Shown: positions 40,401 through 55,400 of the stretch, piece after piece
Layout: each line of letters opens with the position of its first letter
Numbering within the stretch: position 1 is the stretch's first letter
From: Hypanus sabinus
Taxonomy: Eukaryota
NCBI RefSeq assembly: GCF_030144855.1
Contig: NC_082714.1
Location: 41,540,001-41,604,000, forward strand
Reading direction: 5' to 3'
DNA length: 64,000 nucleotides
The notes under the pieces: model-generated
Told to the model about the DNA's origin: nothing
The model's input: only the letters and a program-made list of their open reading frames with translations
Databases searched by the model: none
Translations under genes and position numbers: made by a program

Positions 40401-43400
40401 CATTTTTAATTTGTACCATCTACATAAGAGCATAAGGAGCAGGAGCAGGAGGTTTGAGGTCAAAGTTGTCCTTCTCCCAGATGAGCTGATGAGCACCATC
40501 TGGTCGAAGAGAGTGGTTTAAAGGCACCAGTAATCCAACTTTGCCCCTTCTCCTCTCAGTAGAAATGGTTCCACAGGCTTAATAGCTGAGCCATGCATGA
40601 AGGCCAGGTGCTGGACTTGATTGCCAGAGCCAGAGGCTACTTGAGATGCCTGCCATTGGGATCATTTAATAGGTAGCGGGAGCTTACTCCTCTATCTCCC
40701 CTGGCTATGACAACCTTAACCATACTTATACATTAACCCCAACTCGATTTTGCAGCATCTTATCAAATGCCTTCTGGAAATCTAAGTACGCAACATCCCC
40801 TTCATCTACTACACTCATTTTATCCTCAAATAGTTCAACCTTTCATCAATCCGTGCTGTGTCTGCCTGATGGAACCACTTCTATTCTGTATCTATCTTAA
40901 TGACAGCTTCAAGTAGCTTCTAATGACAAACAGTAAGCTAACTGGCCGATATTCACCCGCTTTTTGCCTTCATCCTTTCTAAACTGTGGTATGATATTCT
41001 CTCTCTTCCTATCTGCTCAGTCTTGTCCGGAGTCCAGAGAATTTTGATAAATTAGCGTGGACTCATCTACTGTAATTTAAGCTATTACTCACAGTACTCT
41101 GGAATGCATCTCATCAGGACTGGGGACCTGTCTCCCTTTAGGCCCACTAATTTACACATCACTGTCTCTTTAGTGGCAACGGTTGTATCGAGATCCTCAC
41201 CTTCCGTCACATCCATTACATCTGATTGGCATGTGCTTCACTGTGAAGTTTCCAAATTGCCTTGTATTACTTCTGTCATCCTAGCTTCCAAGGGACCTGT
41301 GTTTACTTTTGCCATCCTTTTCCACTTTAATTATAGAAACTTTTAGTATTTGTTTTCATATATTGTGCTAATTTACATTGATATTCTAGTTTCCCTTAAT
41401 GCTTGTTTAATGGTTTTTTGTTGCTTTTAAAATTTTTCCCCTATCTTCAAGTTTCACATTACTCTTAATGACTCTTGAATTCTCAGCTATTGTCACTAGA
41501 TCTCCTATTCATTGAAATCCTTCATGATTTCATTCCATATTAAGTACTTAAAAAGGAAACAAATAGAGTATTAATTGCACTTTTGGTCTAATAAATGAGT
41601 TTTGGAATATAGACAAGAACTGCTCAGATGGGAAACAGCTCTTTCACTCTGGCTGTAAGGCTACTGAACTTCCTGCCACCACCCAGGTTTCATCACGTAT
41701 GAAGCACCTTTAGTGCTTTTTTCATAGAAATTCATAGAAAACACCTATACTGTTTTCCTTTTAACTTGAATCATAAACACACCTTATTATTTGTTTGTGG
41801 TGATATCACTTTGTGTTGTGTGTGTCAGTTATATGTACTGTATTGTGCATCTTGGTCCGGAGGAATGTTGTTTTGTTTGACAGTAGACATGTGTACTGTG
41901 ATAATAAATGGAACTTGAACCTGAACTTCACCAGCATAAAACAGCCTTTGGCCCACAATACTCTGCTGACCATCATGAACCTTCTAAGGTCAAAGATCAA
42001 GGTGCATTTATTATCTAAGTATGTATACAGTATACAATCCTGAGATTCGTCTTTTCTATACAGCCACAAAACAAAGAAGACCATGGGAGTTGTTCAAAGA
42101 AAAACATAATCCCCTGTGCAAAAAAAAATTGCACAAAACAGCAACAAGAAAGAGCCAGTGAAAGCACAGAATATAAGAACACAGAATCATAATAGTCCAA
42201 GAGTCTTCATGATCAATTTAACCTTTTCTCCTACTCAGCCCATAACCCTCTACTCTTCTTACATCTATGTGCCTATCTAAGAGTCTTTTGAATGTTCCTA
42301 TTGTATAAGCCTCTACTCCACCCCCATCAATGTGTTCCAGGCTCCTACTGTGCTGTGTTTTAAAATAAGAAACCTACCTCAAACATCTCCTCTCAACTTT
42401 CCTCCACTTCCCTTAAACAGTTGTCCTCTGGTATGGGCCATTACGACTCTGGGAAAAATTACAAAACAAAATTCTTTCACCGGGCTGGGATATCAGAGAA
42501 AATAAAACATACTAATGACATGGTATTACAAATTACAATAGATATTATACAAATAATTTTAATACTTACACACAACTCATTCCTGTTTGTATTAATGCTT
42601 TAAACTTATTTCACAATCAGTGTTCAAGCATTCAATGCAGACCTGGCAGGGATGACACTCACCACAAAGGAAACTCTGGCGAGATGGATCTTTGATTACA
42701 TTAATGTCACAGGTAAAAAATAAACTTAAAGTTTATTTCATTGGCAGCAATTCAAAAAGGATGTTGAGTTTCTATTCCTGTAGTGCTACAGGATTCAGTT
42801 TTAGGTCATTGAATGAAGAAATTCAATATTGTTCTTATACTTTTCGTAAATATTTAGATGTGATGTTTTCAAAATATTCACTCACCTGAGCTTTTACAAT
42901 GTTGAACAAATAATGAGCATATTACAGTTCAAAGTTCAAAGTGCATTTATTTTGTATACATTATACAACCTTGAGATTTGTCTCCTTACAGGCAGCCACA
43001 AAACAAAGAACCCCAGTAGAACCCATTTAAAGATTGTAAAACACCCTATGTGCAGAAAAAAATAACAAATCGTGCAAACGATGAAGTAACATTCAGAAAT
43101 GAATTCATGAAAGTGAGTCCACGGCCACGAAGCTGGTCACCATTGCAGCCGATCCAGGAGCCTGTTAGTTGCAGGCCACATCCTGAATTCAGTGCAGAGA
43201 TGTGGAGTTGCGACCTGAACACCAGCCCATCCCTCACCTCTAGCCCCAAAACACTGACCTTTTTAATCTGTCCCGGTGCTTGTATCAGCCAAACAGTGGG
43301 TCAATCCTTGCTCTTGGACCTGGGCCTTGCCACCAATACATTTTCGGGCCAGGGTCCCACCGTCTTGCTTCAGCCTATACCTAACCTCTCCAATTTGGTC

Positions 43401-46400
43401 CAGTGAATAATAAATTAAGTAAGAATTTGAAGCAAATAAAACCCTATCCAAAATAATCGGTGCATTTAAGAGGGGAGAAAGAACATGCCTGGGCAATTGG
43501 GATAGTCTATGTATTCCTGAAAGTTGTAGCTTGGTACAATCGTAGTACAACCTTCAGTTGATTACAAAGCAACTCCAAAATTTTAACTATCAATTAATTT
43601 CTACATTTTTCATTAGCTACCATGGAGAATATTATAAATGAACAAATGCAGTTTTGTAATGAAAGAGAATTATTGTCATCTTGAATTGGTTGGAAATGAT
43701 AATGTAGCGGGGTGGAAATGTGTCCCTACCAAAGGAGGTGTAAGGTGCTCCTTCCGTCCACGAGTGTGCAGGTCACCCTTGGGCAAGGTGTAACACCTTC
43801 TAAGCCCCCCCCCCCACCCTTCCCGATCAGGGTAATGTGGAACCATGGGAGCAGGTGGTGAATGGGTAAGTGACCACTGATACCAGGCAATCTCTGAAGA
43901 GTATTGATAATGGCAGGGGTCACCCATCTAGCAAAGACATTTTCCAGAAGAAGTTCAATGCCAAATCACTCCAGTAGAAAGATTTGCCAAGAACAATCAT
44001 AGTCATGAGACCATGCACGTAATAATGATAAAAAGTTACAATCCAAAGGAGCTGAAGTGCAGTAATTTTCCCAAATCTTTTCACGTATCTGTTAAAGAAA
44101 ACAAAATACTTAATTTAAATTTTATCTCCAAGGCATACTCAAAGTCTTTTAACAAATGAGGTGGCAAAATAATAGGAAATCTACCATGTTGACTGAAAGT
44201 TTGGACTGTTGTAGGAGGTACATTTTACTAAATGAGCCAAATAGAAGTTCATAACTCATGCAGTTAATGTGTTCCTGTTATTTGTAGGTGTGGACTGCAT
44301 CACCAATACTAGTGATTCCGGAGGATGGCTTCTAAAATATTGGGGATTCATCAGTGATCTCATCCAGTCTGCCAATTTCAGCAACACGAATTCCAGTGCA
44401 GTAAGTTCACAACTTTTCTGGATAGCTTGACGGTTGAAGGCAATGTTGTTAAGGTTTTGATGTTGCAATACTATCTCTGTTAGCTGGATAAGAGAATCAC
44501 CAAACGTTTGCTCCACATAATTGGAATGTTCAAAGGTAACTCAGGCAGTCTCGTGAGCAGCTAATACATTGCTTCTGCTCTTCTGCAGAGTTATTGCTCT
44601 GGGTCTCAACACAGCTTTACCTCCAGCAAGTTAGACCTACTGGTCCTGGGCAGAACACTGTCCAAAATTTTTGGTGACTGCTCTCCAAGTCACTTCTGGT
44701 TCAACTTCCCCATGCCTCGCACCAATAGGCAGAGCATGCACGGTCCTTGTTTAGCTCAGTGCAGGTGGGACCTGACCGTTGCATTAAAAGACTTATTAAA
44801 ACGGACACAATTCCATGATTGTGATACAAGGTGCATACGTGGGCCATGTTTTTATTTTTTCTTTCAGCTATGTTTACTTTGCCAATTTAATAATGCTGAA
44901 TGGTCAAACTAGTGTTTGCGAAAAGAAATGGCTGAGCATTTTAAGGTCTGACATTCTTTGAACATAAATCCACTTGAATACTCAAGAAACAAATAAACTG
45001 GAGTACTGGAAATGAAATTTGTGACTACTTCCCAAGCAGAAAATACTAAAATGGGCCTTGAATTTCTATTCACCAAAAACACCGACACCCATTTAAGCAT
45101 TTTTTTTACATTGATTACTTTGAACCCTTGCCTTACTATAAAATTGGACCAATGCAAGTTTATGGAGTCATACAGTGTTGTTGAGTGCCATTGAATCGTC
45201 ATTGACTTATGGTGACCCTTCGGATAGTGTATTTGTCCATAGGGTTTTCCTGGCTGAATTCAAACTCAGGACTATCCACCTTGAGGTCCATTGCTGATGC
45301 CACTACACCAACAGTTGGCCCAAATACTACAGCATGCAACAGGCACTTCTAGTCCATGCCAAATCATTAGTCTGCCTAGTGACCTATACCCAGACCATAG
45401 CCCTCTATACTCCTCCCATCTATCTAAATTTCTCTGAAATGGTGAAATTGACGCCACATCCACCACTTGCATTGGAAGCCCATTCCATAACTCACTACAC
45501 TCTGAGTGAAGAAGCTCCCTTTTATGTTCTCCAGAAACATTTCTCCTTTCACCCTTAACCTATGATCTTTAGTTGTTGTTCTTCTTCTCTGCACCTTGTG
45601 GAGAAATACCTTGCTGTTTCTTTAGCATTTTTCTGTTTTTTACGAGTCAAAGTTACTAGTTCAATGCTTGGATGGAAAGCATGCAAGAAGCCAGCCAGAT
45701 TTGAACCATGGGCACTCGCTTTGAAGTCCGGTGCAGATGCCACTACACGATCGGCAGGCTTACACAGTCTCAATGGAAAAAGCCTTCTAGCATTTACCCT
45801 ATCTATCCCCCTCATAATTTAATGTACCTCTATCAAATTTCCTTTTTATCTTCTACATCCTTGGGAATAAAGTTCGAATCTAAGCAACCTTTCCTTACGA
45901 CTCAGATTCTCAAGTTTCTCCAGTCTTTCAATCTTATTTACATCTTTCCTGTAGGTAGGTGACCAGAACCGGACGCAATACTCCAGAGTAGACCTCACCA
46001 ACACCTTGTGCAATTTTAAGCATTCCAAGTCCTGTACCCAATACATTGATTTATGAAGACCAATGTACCAGAAGCTTTCTTTATGATCCTATCTTCCTGT
46101 GACACCACTTTCAAGGAATTATGAATCTGTATTCTGATAGTCTTCCTCAGAGTCCACCGTACCCCCAATCTTGGCGTCATCCACAAATTTTTTGATTTAG
46201 TTGACTACATTATCATCCAGATTGTTGATAGAGATGACAAACAACATTCATATCATATATATTAGACATATCAGAAATAATATATCCGTGCAAAATGAAC
46301 AGCAGACCGATTGCATAATTTCTGTGCCATGTCAAAGGGGTAACTGCTAGTGTATAACGTTTCATTTCCTGAGCATCACAGTGCAAGGGTGCCAGAAGAA

Positions 46401-49400
46401 AGTTGGCACCTGAGGCTATCTCCATTGCTTTGCTTCTTGTATGCAATATCTGGACGAGGGGAAGGAATAGACGGACAAATCTACAAACTCAGACGGAGAA
46501 GACCAGAAGTCGGAGAAACGTTGAACCAATGCATCACACTGACCTACATTTAAACATTATGGACTGATTGCTTTGAGCTTTGGGCTGATGGGCTTGAATC
46601 TCTGGAGTATTGCTCTATCACTCTATTTCTTAGTAACACTTTTAGCCCATTAAAAAGATTCTGTTGATCACAGTGAAACTGAGAGTAAATGGAAACAGAA
46701 TTTACTTTTCATGTATTTTCTTCTGTTACTCAGATCAGTGCAACTATCATTCAAAATGAGACAGCAAAGGACACGTTGCTCAGCACTATCTTTGGTGGCC
46801 TGACATCATTGTTTCCTGAGTTTACACCCACCAACTTCTCCAGCTGGTTTCAGAAACAACTACCGCCGCTGCTCCCTGCTATTACAGGTCCTGAACTCGA
46901 CAGCATACCCACCAATATATCATGTGAATCTTACCAGGCCATGTGAGTATACCCATTTGTTTACTGAGCATTCCTGAATTTGGAGTTGGTTGCTGTGCAA
47001 ATTGCCAACTTGGCTTGACTGGGACTTTTAACTTGATTATGTTTTGCATGAAATAGGTTTTTTATTTTTAATGAAAGGAGTGAGAAATCTACTTCAAAAT
47101 CTCAGTGTGTTTGCAAATGTATTCTAAGCCAAGGGTGCAGCTATGTAGCTTGCAAGCTGTATTGCTAAGTTAGTAACAACGAGGTTCTTGCCTGGTACTC
47201 CTTGTATCTCATTGAAGAGGATGCAGTGTCAGAGACAAGACATAATTTGCACCTTAAACACTTGTGTCCAGGGAAGAAAACTGTGGCAGCAAGAACTGCT
47301 AGAATGCAAACTCTCGCCTCAATGATGAGTGAGTGTTCCATTGTTAAAGGTGCTGCCTTTCGGCTACAGCATTAAGTCAAGTTGTGTTTGCCCTGCTAAT
47401 ATGCAAAAAAAGGTTCCAGTTCTTAATTCCTAATAGTCAATATTTATCCCTCAATCAACATTACTAAACCAGGTATCTGCTCATTATCAAGTTGCCACTT
47501 TCTACTGAAGCTGGCTGTTGCCTTCCCAAGATTACAATAATTGCTGTGTTTTTAAGAGTGTTTCTTGAGATATAATATGGTGGTATGATGAAAACCCTTT
47601 TATAATGCTACGTAATATAAGTAGGTCAGGCAGCATCTGTGGAAATGAATACTTACTTACTCCCATTAGGCCACTGTCATTTAGGGCAGCAATGAAAGTC
47701 CTCCATCTCTTGTGGTGTTCAGGGTCCCCATCATGTTAGTGACTTCCTCTTGGTTTTTACTACTGTCAGTCATGCAAGTCCTAGATTTTCATTGCTGTCA
47801 TTAAACCAATTGAATTATAAATATAAGGTCTAAAGTGACTTCACATCAGTAATTTACTCTGCACCAGCATTCCCATGACTTGCATAAATTTCTATCATTT
47901 ATCTTGAGGGTAAGGCCTAAGTCCTTTTCTACCATAGGACCTGAGTTCTGTGGTAGTGATGAAATTTCATTCTCTTATTGAGTTATCTCCTTTTACTGAA
48001 CCTTGTCTTCATGAAAGCTTTCAGGAAAGCTCTGAAGGGCTATTACAGCAAAAACTTCATGCCTTCTTAAGAGTTTCGTTATTTCTTCCCCAGGCAGTTA
48101 ATCTGATCAAACATTTTAGTTAGCCTCCCCCACCCCCTCGGCCTATTACCTCAGTCACTGCACTATAAACACTTCAAACCACTTTTTATAATGCTGCTTA
48201 CATTGTCACTATAAGCTGGCATTTATGTATTCACATTTTATTCCATATCTGTACTTTAACCTTTAACTTTATGTAATTTGTTACCTTTTATACTTGTGAA
48301 TATTATTTTTGTTGCATGTCATGCCAACAAAGCACAGTAATTCCTATTACATGTAAATGTATTTGGAGAATCAAGTTGATCCTTGATGATTATTTCCTCG
48401 AGGTACCAGAAGCTGGAGTCCATTCAAAACTGAATTGCTCTGGTTTCCTTTGGTGTTTTGGGCACTGTGTGACCTAACAGTTGAGATCTTTTGGTTTTTG
48501 GGTCACAATGCAGAAGAGAGGTCTCTGCCCAATGGAATCCCCTTTCATCTCCTACTGGCATGACTGCTTGGATTTTGGAACCTCTTCAAAATGTACTGGA
48601 ATAAGAAAACTTCTAAATTTATAAAAGTACCATACAAGTATAAACGCAAGACAATGAATTCAAAATTCACTGGTTCAATGTCGTGAATTATTCCAGATTG
48701 GTATGCAATTGTTAAAGTACGAATTTACTATTCTCCCTACAGAGTGAAAGGATTTGACATGGTGTTCTCAGACTTAACAGTACCACAGCTGAGCATATTC
48801 TTCAATTTTACTAAAAACATCCTAACCTTCCAGCTCAATTCGTCAGGTAACGTACGCACATTGCTTGAAGTTGCAATTTTTTATTTTCTGTGCTTGAGAA
48901 GGATAATATCTTGGATGGAAAGTACAACACAAGAAGTAGGAAGAGGAGGAGGTTGTTCAGTTCTTTGCATCAGGTCTAGCATCATATAAGATCAGGGTTG
49001 ATCTTTTACCTCAGTGCCACTTTCCTTCACTAATCTTAATTGTTTATTGTTTTGAATACACTAAGCATCCACAACTCTTTTAAAGGGAGTATTCCTACAG
49101 TTCGGCATCCAAAAGGTGATGGGGTTTCTTTTCATCTCTGCTTTGAATGCCATTTAGTTTGAGGCTGTGACTTTTAGTTCCAGATGGGGAAGATATTAAT
49201 TCCACATCTACTCTGTCAAGCACAACAAGGATTTTGGTTGCGTCATTAAAGTCACTTCTTATTCTTTCAAATTTGATTTCCTTATCTAAATCATCAATAC
49301 AGGTTGTGAACAGCTGGTAGCCCAGCATCGATTCCTACAGCACTTCCATTGTCCCACCTGAAAATGGCCAGTTTATATCTGATGTTTCCTGTTAACCAAT

Positions 49401-52400
49401 CCTATCAACAGCACTATCATGCACTCTAATTTTGTTTGCTACTCCCCCTGTGGCTTTTTCTCAAGAGCCTGGAAATTCAAATACACCACATCAGTGTTTT
49501 CATCTTTAACTCTTCTGTTAATCACAACCTCAGGGAGCTCTAATAGATCTATCACATGTGACTATTGTAACAAAGTCACCGGAGACACTGAAGTTAGTGG
49601 ATACAGAAGAGTTTTATTCAACAGAAATGAGCAGCGGACATCATATTGAGACACACTCGGAGGAAGAGTCCTCCCGACCCAACATCACACGATCTTTTTA
49701 TATGCTAAAGATCAACAGTAACAGCCGGACAATTCTATAATTACAATGTATCTACAATGCTTCTGTTGGATTACATATAGTTTACACACACCTCCTTCTT
49801 TGCACCCACTCTCCAGACACCCAATATGAATGTTAATCAGCATCGTCTGGTTTGCAATCAACTCCAACCCAGAGCTCCAGGAAAACTATTGTTCAGGGCT
49901 GAATTTTAAATTCAATCTACAATCCGTGTTCATGTCTAAAGATTGGTTCCTGGTGAAGTAAATATTTGCTATGTACCCCAACTCCAGAATACACCCAGAA
50001 AACGTTGTCAGAAATCCATGCTGACTCTGTCTAACCCTATTGCTACATTGTAATTGCTTCTTTTGTAATGGGTTACAGCATTATTCTCAAAATATCAGCA
50101 ATATGTTAATGACATTTATTTTGCCTTAAGCACAGAATTTTTGGAGAGGCTGTTTGACTCATTGAGTCACAACCATCAAGCCATTTACACCACTTCTCCA
50201 CTAATACCATTTTATCCACCTGACATTCTCGTGTACTTTGATCCCTTCCACCATCACAGACTCTCCTTCACTCCAGGAGTGATTTACGAAGGCCAGTTAA
50301 GCTTTGGGTTCATCTTTGCATCCAGGTGATCACAAGGAGAATGTGTAAACTTCGCGATGTCAGCACTGCATATCATGACTAATTCCAGACTGCCTGAGTT
50401 GTTAGATTGCAGTAACTTCCATTATCACATTATATCTTCCTTGTGTCCAGAGTCCTGATAAGTCCTCCTGACGGTGCCACTCAAATGAGTGTTGTTTGTT
50501 GATAATGAACCCATTCACAATGCTCTCTTTAGCAGATGTCTGCAGCCCAAGCAGTAATGCAGTAGAAAGTGGACAGCAGTGAATCTCCTGTAATGCATTG
50601 TTATGAGCCATCTCATGCTGTGAACCCTTTCAGTTTGATCCCATTGCTGTTTGAAGGCTCTGCCTCCTGTAATGTTGCTAACCATATCCCGTTGGGCTCT
50701 GCAGGTATTGCATGCACACGCAATGTGACTGGAAGCCGTGACTGGATAAGAAAGAACTTTTTGAAATTCTTCCAAGGCTTGAAATTAAGAGAGATCTTAG
50801 CTTTGAACAAAAACTTTTCTGGGGTAAGTCATTGAAACTACAGCATCATCCATGCAGACTGCAGCCAATGGTGAAATGCATAACATCAAATTAGAAAAGA
50901 AACACTTAATTTGTAAAAGCTTTTGAAAATGTTTTAACTAGGCATTTTCTTTTATTAGTTTGAAGTTCTGGACCTTCTTACTCCTGAACTACTCGCTGAG
51001 TTGACTGTGAGCTCAGAAGCACGTTTTAACGTAGACAGGATAAATCAGATCATTGATACCCTCACGGGCCGAAGTTTCAGCGACCTCATTGCCTATATCA
51101 CCCAATTAAATAATGAAACATACATGGTAAGATAACTTTTCCTTTGTCTTTCAGTCTCCTATTCACCATCACGTGCTTCAAATGTCATTTTCAGTCAACA
51201 GTATTTCAAAGGTTCAAAGGTCCAAGTTAATGTCAGAGAAATGTATACAATATAAATCCTGAAATGCTTATTCTACACAAATATCCACAAAAACAGAGGA
51301 GTGCCCCAAAGAATAAATGACAGCTAAACATAAGAACCCCAAAGTCCGTCCCCCCCGCTCCCCTCCCTCCCGCGCATAAGCGGCAACGAGCAATAATCCT
51401 CCCTGCCCCCACTGGTAGAAAAAAGCATTGGCACCTCCACCAAGCACTGCATCGCATTGAACTGCTGCTGCTAAGTTAACAAATTTTACGACTCATGCCC
51501 GTGGTAGTAAATCTGATTCTGATTCTGAAGTAAATGGTTTATTGAGAGCAGTGTCACACGTAAACAGGGCAGAGAAGAAGGCTCTTAGCCCCTTGGCTTT
51601 GTCGGTCAGGGTACTGAGTACAGGAACTGGGACATTACACTGAAGTTGTAGGTCTTTGGTGAGGCGATGGTTAGACTGCTAGAGTACTGTGTAGAGTTTT
51701 GAGCACCTGTGATGAGAAAGGTGTGGTTAAACTGGAAAGAGTGCAGAAAAGATTTATGTGGGCATTTTCAGCTCTAGATGCTCTGAGTTATAAAGAAGGG
51801 TTGGTCGAGCTAGTCTTTATTGCTTGGCACAGATGAAAATGAGGTATGAACTGATTGAAATGCTTAAAATTGTGAGAGGCTTAGATTAGGTAGATGGTAC
51901 AGCTTTTTTCTCTGGGGAAGGGGAGTCCAAAACTAGGGAGCATAGGCTTGTGGTAAGAGGGGGAAGATTTAAAAGAAGCTGAGGGACGCCCTTTCCCTGC
52001 AGATGATGATGAGTATGTGGAACAAGATGCAGATGAAGAGGTTGAGGTAGACACAGTAGTATTATTTGAGAAGCACTTGGTTAGGTACATGGAGGGGCAG
52101 GGCTTAGAGGGAAACTCTAATCTCCCCCCAGCCCTACCTTTCTTTCTCTTTTATTTCCCATAATTCTCCACCTTCCCCCTAGCCCATTTCCCTCCAGCCT
52201 ATCACTTCCCAGCTCTCTACTTCATCCCTCCCCCCCACTTCTTATCCCCCCTCGACCATCCCATGTTACTTCACTCCTGATGAAGGGTTTCGGCCCGAAA
52301 TGTTGTCACTACCTCCTCCCATAGATGCTGTCTGGCCTGCTGAGTTCTGCCAGCATTTTGTGTTTTTATTTATTTCCAGCATCTGCAGATTCACTCGCGA

Positions 52401-55400
52401 GGGCTTAGAGGGATGTGGTCCAAATGCGGGAAATTGGGACCAACTGGGCAGGCACTGCTGCTATCATGGACTCGTTGGGCCAAAGGGCCTGTATCCCTGC
52501 TGTAATACTCTATGAATTGCTAATTCTGCCGGAAATTAATCAACTGTCCTTTCATTGCAGATGAATATTACATTTGGAAACACTGCAGTGAGGCACCAAA
52601 TATTGAGCAGAATCCTGCATCTGTTGAGACCCATGTTTTCATCATTTAATACCACTGACTATGTTGCGTGGTTTCAGGACAAGCTGTTTTTACTGTTGCC
52701 CAGCATCACAGGAAAAGAACTTGCCACTATACCCTTCAACATAACTTGTGAATCTTATCAAGCCATGTGAGTACGTTTGTCTGACGAGACAGGTCAAGCT
52801 GCAGTAAGAGTTGTGACTTAATCAGTAAACGGGTCTGATTTGTAGCAATGAGCTCATGTTTTCTCACTCTGAAAAGTGTCCCAGAAGAACGCTGATCAGT
52901 TCTCCCAGAATTACAGTGGATATAAAATCCAGCAATGGATTATTTGTTCCAATTAGTCCACACTGGTGTTTTAATCACACCTGAGAACTTTCCAGTTCCA
53001 TCTGACTGGTCTTTAATTATTGATATTTTTAATGTCATTTCTAACTGGGTATTCTGCGCTAAAAGTTGCATTTGAATGGAGCCCCATTAGCACAAAAATA
53101 AACTGGAAACAGTGGGAACTTTTACCCTCTGCTGGAACACCAGAACGGAGCTTGGTGATTCCAAAATGCAGCTGCTGTAGATCATCACACTGCTTTGCAT
53201 TGGAGTTGAGAATCTAATGCTTTAAATGCTGGAGTAGAACTGGGGAAATAGAACTTACTGGAGAGGGAACTAACAGGTCACAGGTCATACACATGGTGGG
53301 GGGGGGGGGGGAGGAATTTTAACCTGAGAGAGTGTAAATGATTGGACTTAAATGCAAATACATGTACCCTTGAATTATCTGACTGAAAAAGGAATGACCT
53401 TATTAAGTACCGGTGTTCTTGGAGACACAGCTGTGACATTGCAGACAGAAGGTGCAATGCATCCTTCTCTGCAGCCTGGGGCATTTGTCACCCTGGATGC
53501 TGGAGCTATCCTTCTGCCTAGTGGAACCTATAAACTATTGAGGGTCATCTAAAACTTGAAATCAAAGAAGGGTAAGAGGGGGAAACCATTTGATGCCGGC
53601 CCAACCTAATGGAGAGGCAGGTTTAGATTTTAAATATGTTGATGATGGAAGAAATTTGTAATGTAGCATACTTAGCTGATTTTCCTGAGAGCAATGTCCA
53701 GGCTTTGAGAATCTGAGAGCTTGGATGAGGGGAGGATGGTTTCTGACAGTAAGTGCTTTTACAGAAACCCTTGTCAATTGGGGGGCTGGAGTCCCTCCAA
53801 CCCTTCAGGTTTCCCCAGCAGACTCCACTTTCTCCTTACATGAACAAACTGGCTGCTCACACTCAAGCAGCCCTAGTACAAGGATTGGATCTCCTCAGCT
53901 CAAACCCCCTACCCAGAAGGGTATCAGAACTTATTACTCTGGTCTTAAGTTCTCCTCTGCAGTATTATGTCACGGAGATTGGAGGAGTTGTGGATGGAGC
54001 TGTAGGTTGTCAAAGGTTACAAGAGTATAGACAAGCTGCAGAATTAGGCAGAAAAATGTCAGTTGGAGTTCAATCTGGATGCATTTTGGAAGGACAAACC
54101 AGAAGACTGGGTACAGGATTAATGGTCAGTTACTTAAGAGTGTGGATGAACAAAGGGACCTTGGGGTTCAAATTCATACAACCCTTAAGGTTGCTGCACA
54201 GGTGGATAGGGTAGTTAAGAAGGCCTATGGGATGCTAGGCTTCATTAACAGGGGGATTGAGTTGTAGAGTAGAGAGGTCATGGTGCAACTCTACAAATCT
54301 CTGGTGACACCACACTTAGAGTATTGTGTTCAATTCTGGTCACCTCATTATAGGAAGGATGTGGCAGCTATGGAGAGGGTGCAGAGGAGACTTACCAGGA
54401 TGTTGCCTGGTTTGCAGAGCAAGTCACATGAAGCAAGGTTAGCAGAGCTGGGACTTTTCTCTTTGCAGCATAGAAGAATGAGAGGGGACTTGATAGAGGT
54501 CCATAAGATTATGAGAGGCATAGATAGGGGGGATAGTCAGTACCTGTTTCCTAGGGAACCAATAGCAAACACCAGAGGGCATATGTAGAAAATTAAGAGA
54601 GGGAAGTTTAGGGGAGACATCAGGGGTAAGTTTTTTACACAGAGGGTTGTGAGTGCCTGGGATGACTTGCCAGGGATGGTGGTGGAGGCTAAAACATTAG
54701 GGGTACTTAAGAGCTTCTTGGATAGGCACATGGATGAAAGAAAATGGAGGGTTATGGGGTAGTGTGGGTTTAGTACTTTTTTTAAGGATTATATGGGTCA
54801 GCACAACATGGAGGGCTGACGGGTCTGTACTGTGCTGTAGTATTCTATGGTTCTATTACTCCACTGGCAGAAAGGCAGTCTGGCTCGAACGCTTTTCTTA
54901 AAAGAAAAAGCAAACTTATGAGAAATATTAACTTTCAAGTTAAAACATTATCATCCTATCTGACCTGCAAACTGTACTTAAATCCTAAATTTATACATCA
55001 GTACATTTTTTCCATTTTAATCCATATGAAAAAAATGAAATACGCACTTATCAAATGTTTCTGATTACTTTAACAGAATTAAAGTGTTTAACAGTCTGTT
55101 AACGAACTGGACGATAACACAGCTTCCAGAGATTAGCAACTTTAGTAAAAATATCCTCAACTTCCAGCTCCATTCATCAGGTAACCTACACACAATATTG
55201 GATGACAATTCTAATGAAAGTTGAGTATTTGTTAAGCGGAGAAGCTTGTTGGCTGGGTGGTTTGGATTGGTCCTGCTGACTGTCAATCATGGAAGCACTC
55301 ACCCTCCCATTTGCTCCTGCCTTCCTTGCTGCAGCACATGTCTGCAGGGACCACTATATTACTGCACACTCTACAGCTAGTCAGTGTGTTACAGTCCTGC

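Noticed and set aside
40486-40510. CTGATGA...GAA as another hammerhead
   Set aside because: No GAAA box and no convincing stems I or III.
44589-44764. Open AG...GT segment containing LDLL as the missing D1 exon
   Set aside because: Ends in phase 2, incompatible with A2, and has no other similarity to D exons.
45690-45760. tRNA gene
   Set aside because: A and B boxes are present, but it is the head of a SINE nested in CR1 and no full cloverleaf is evident.
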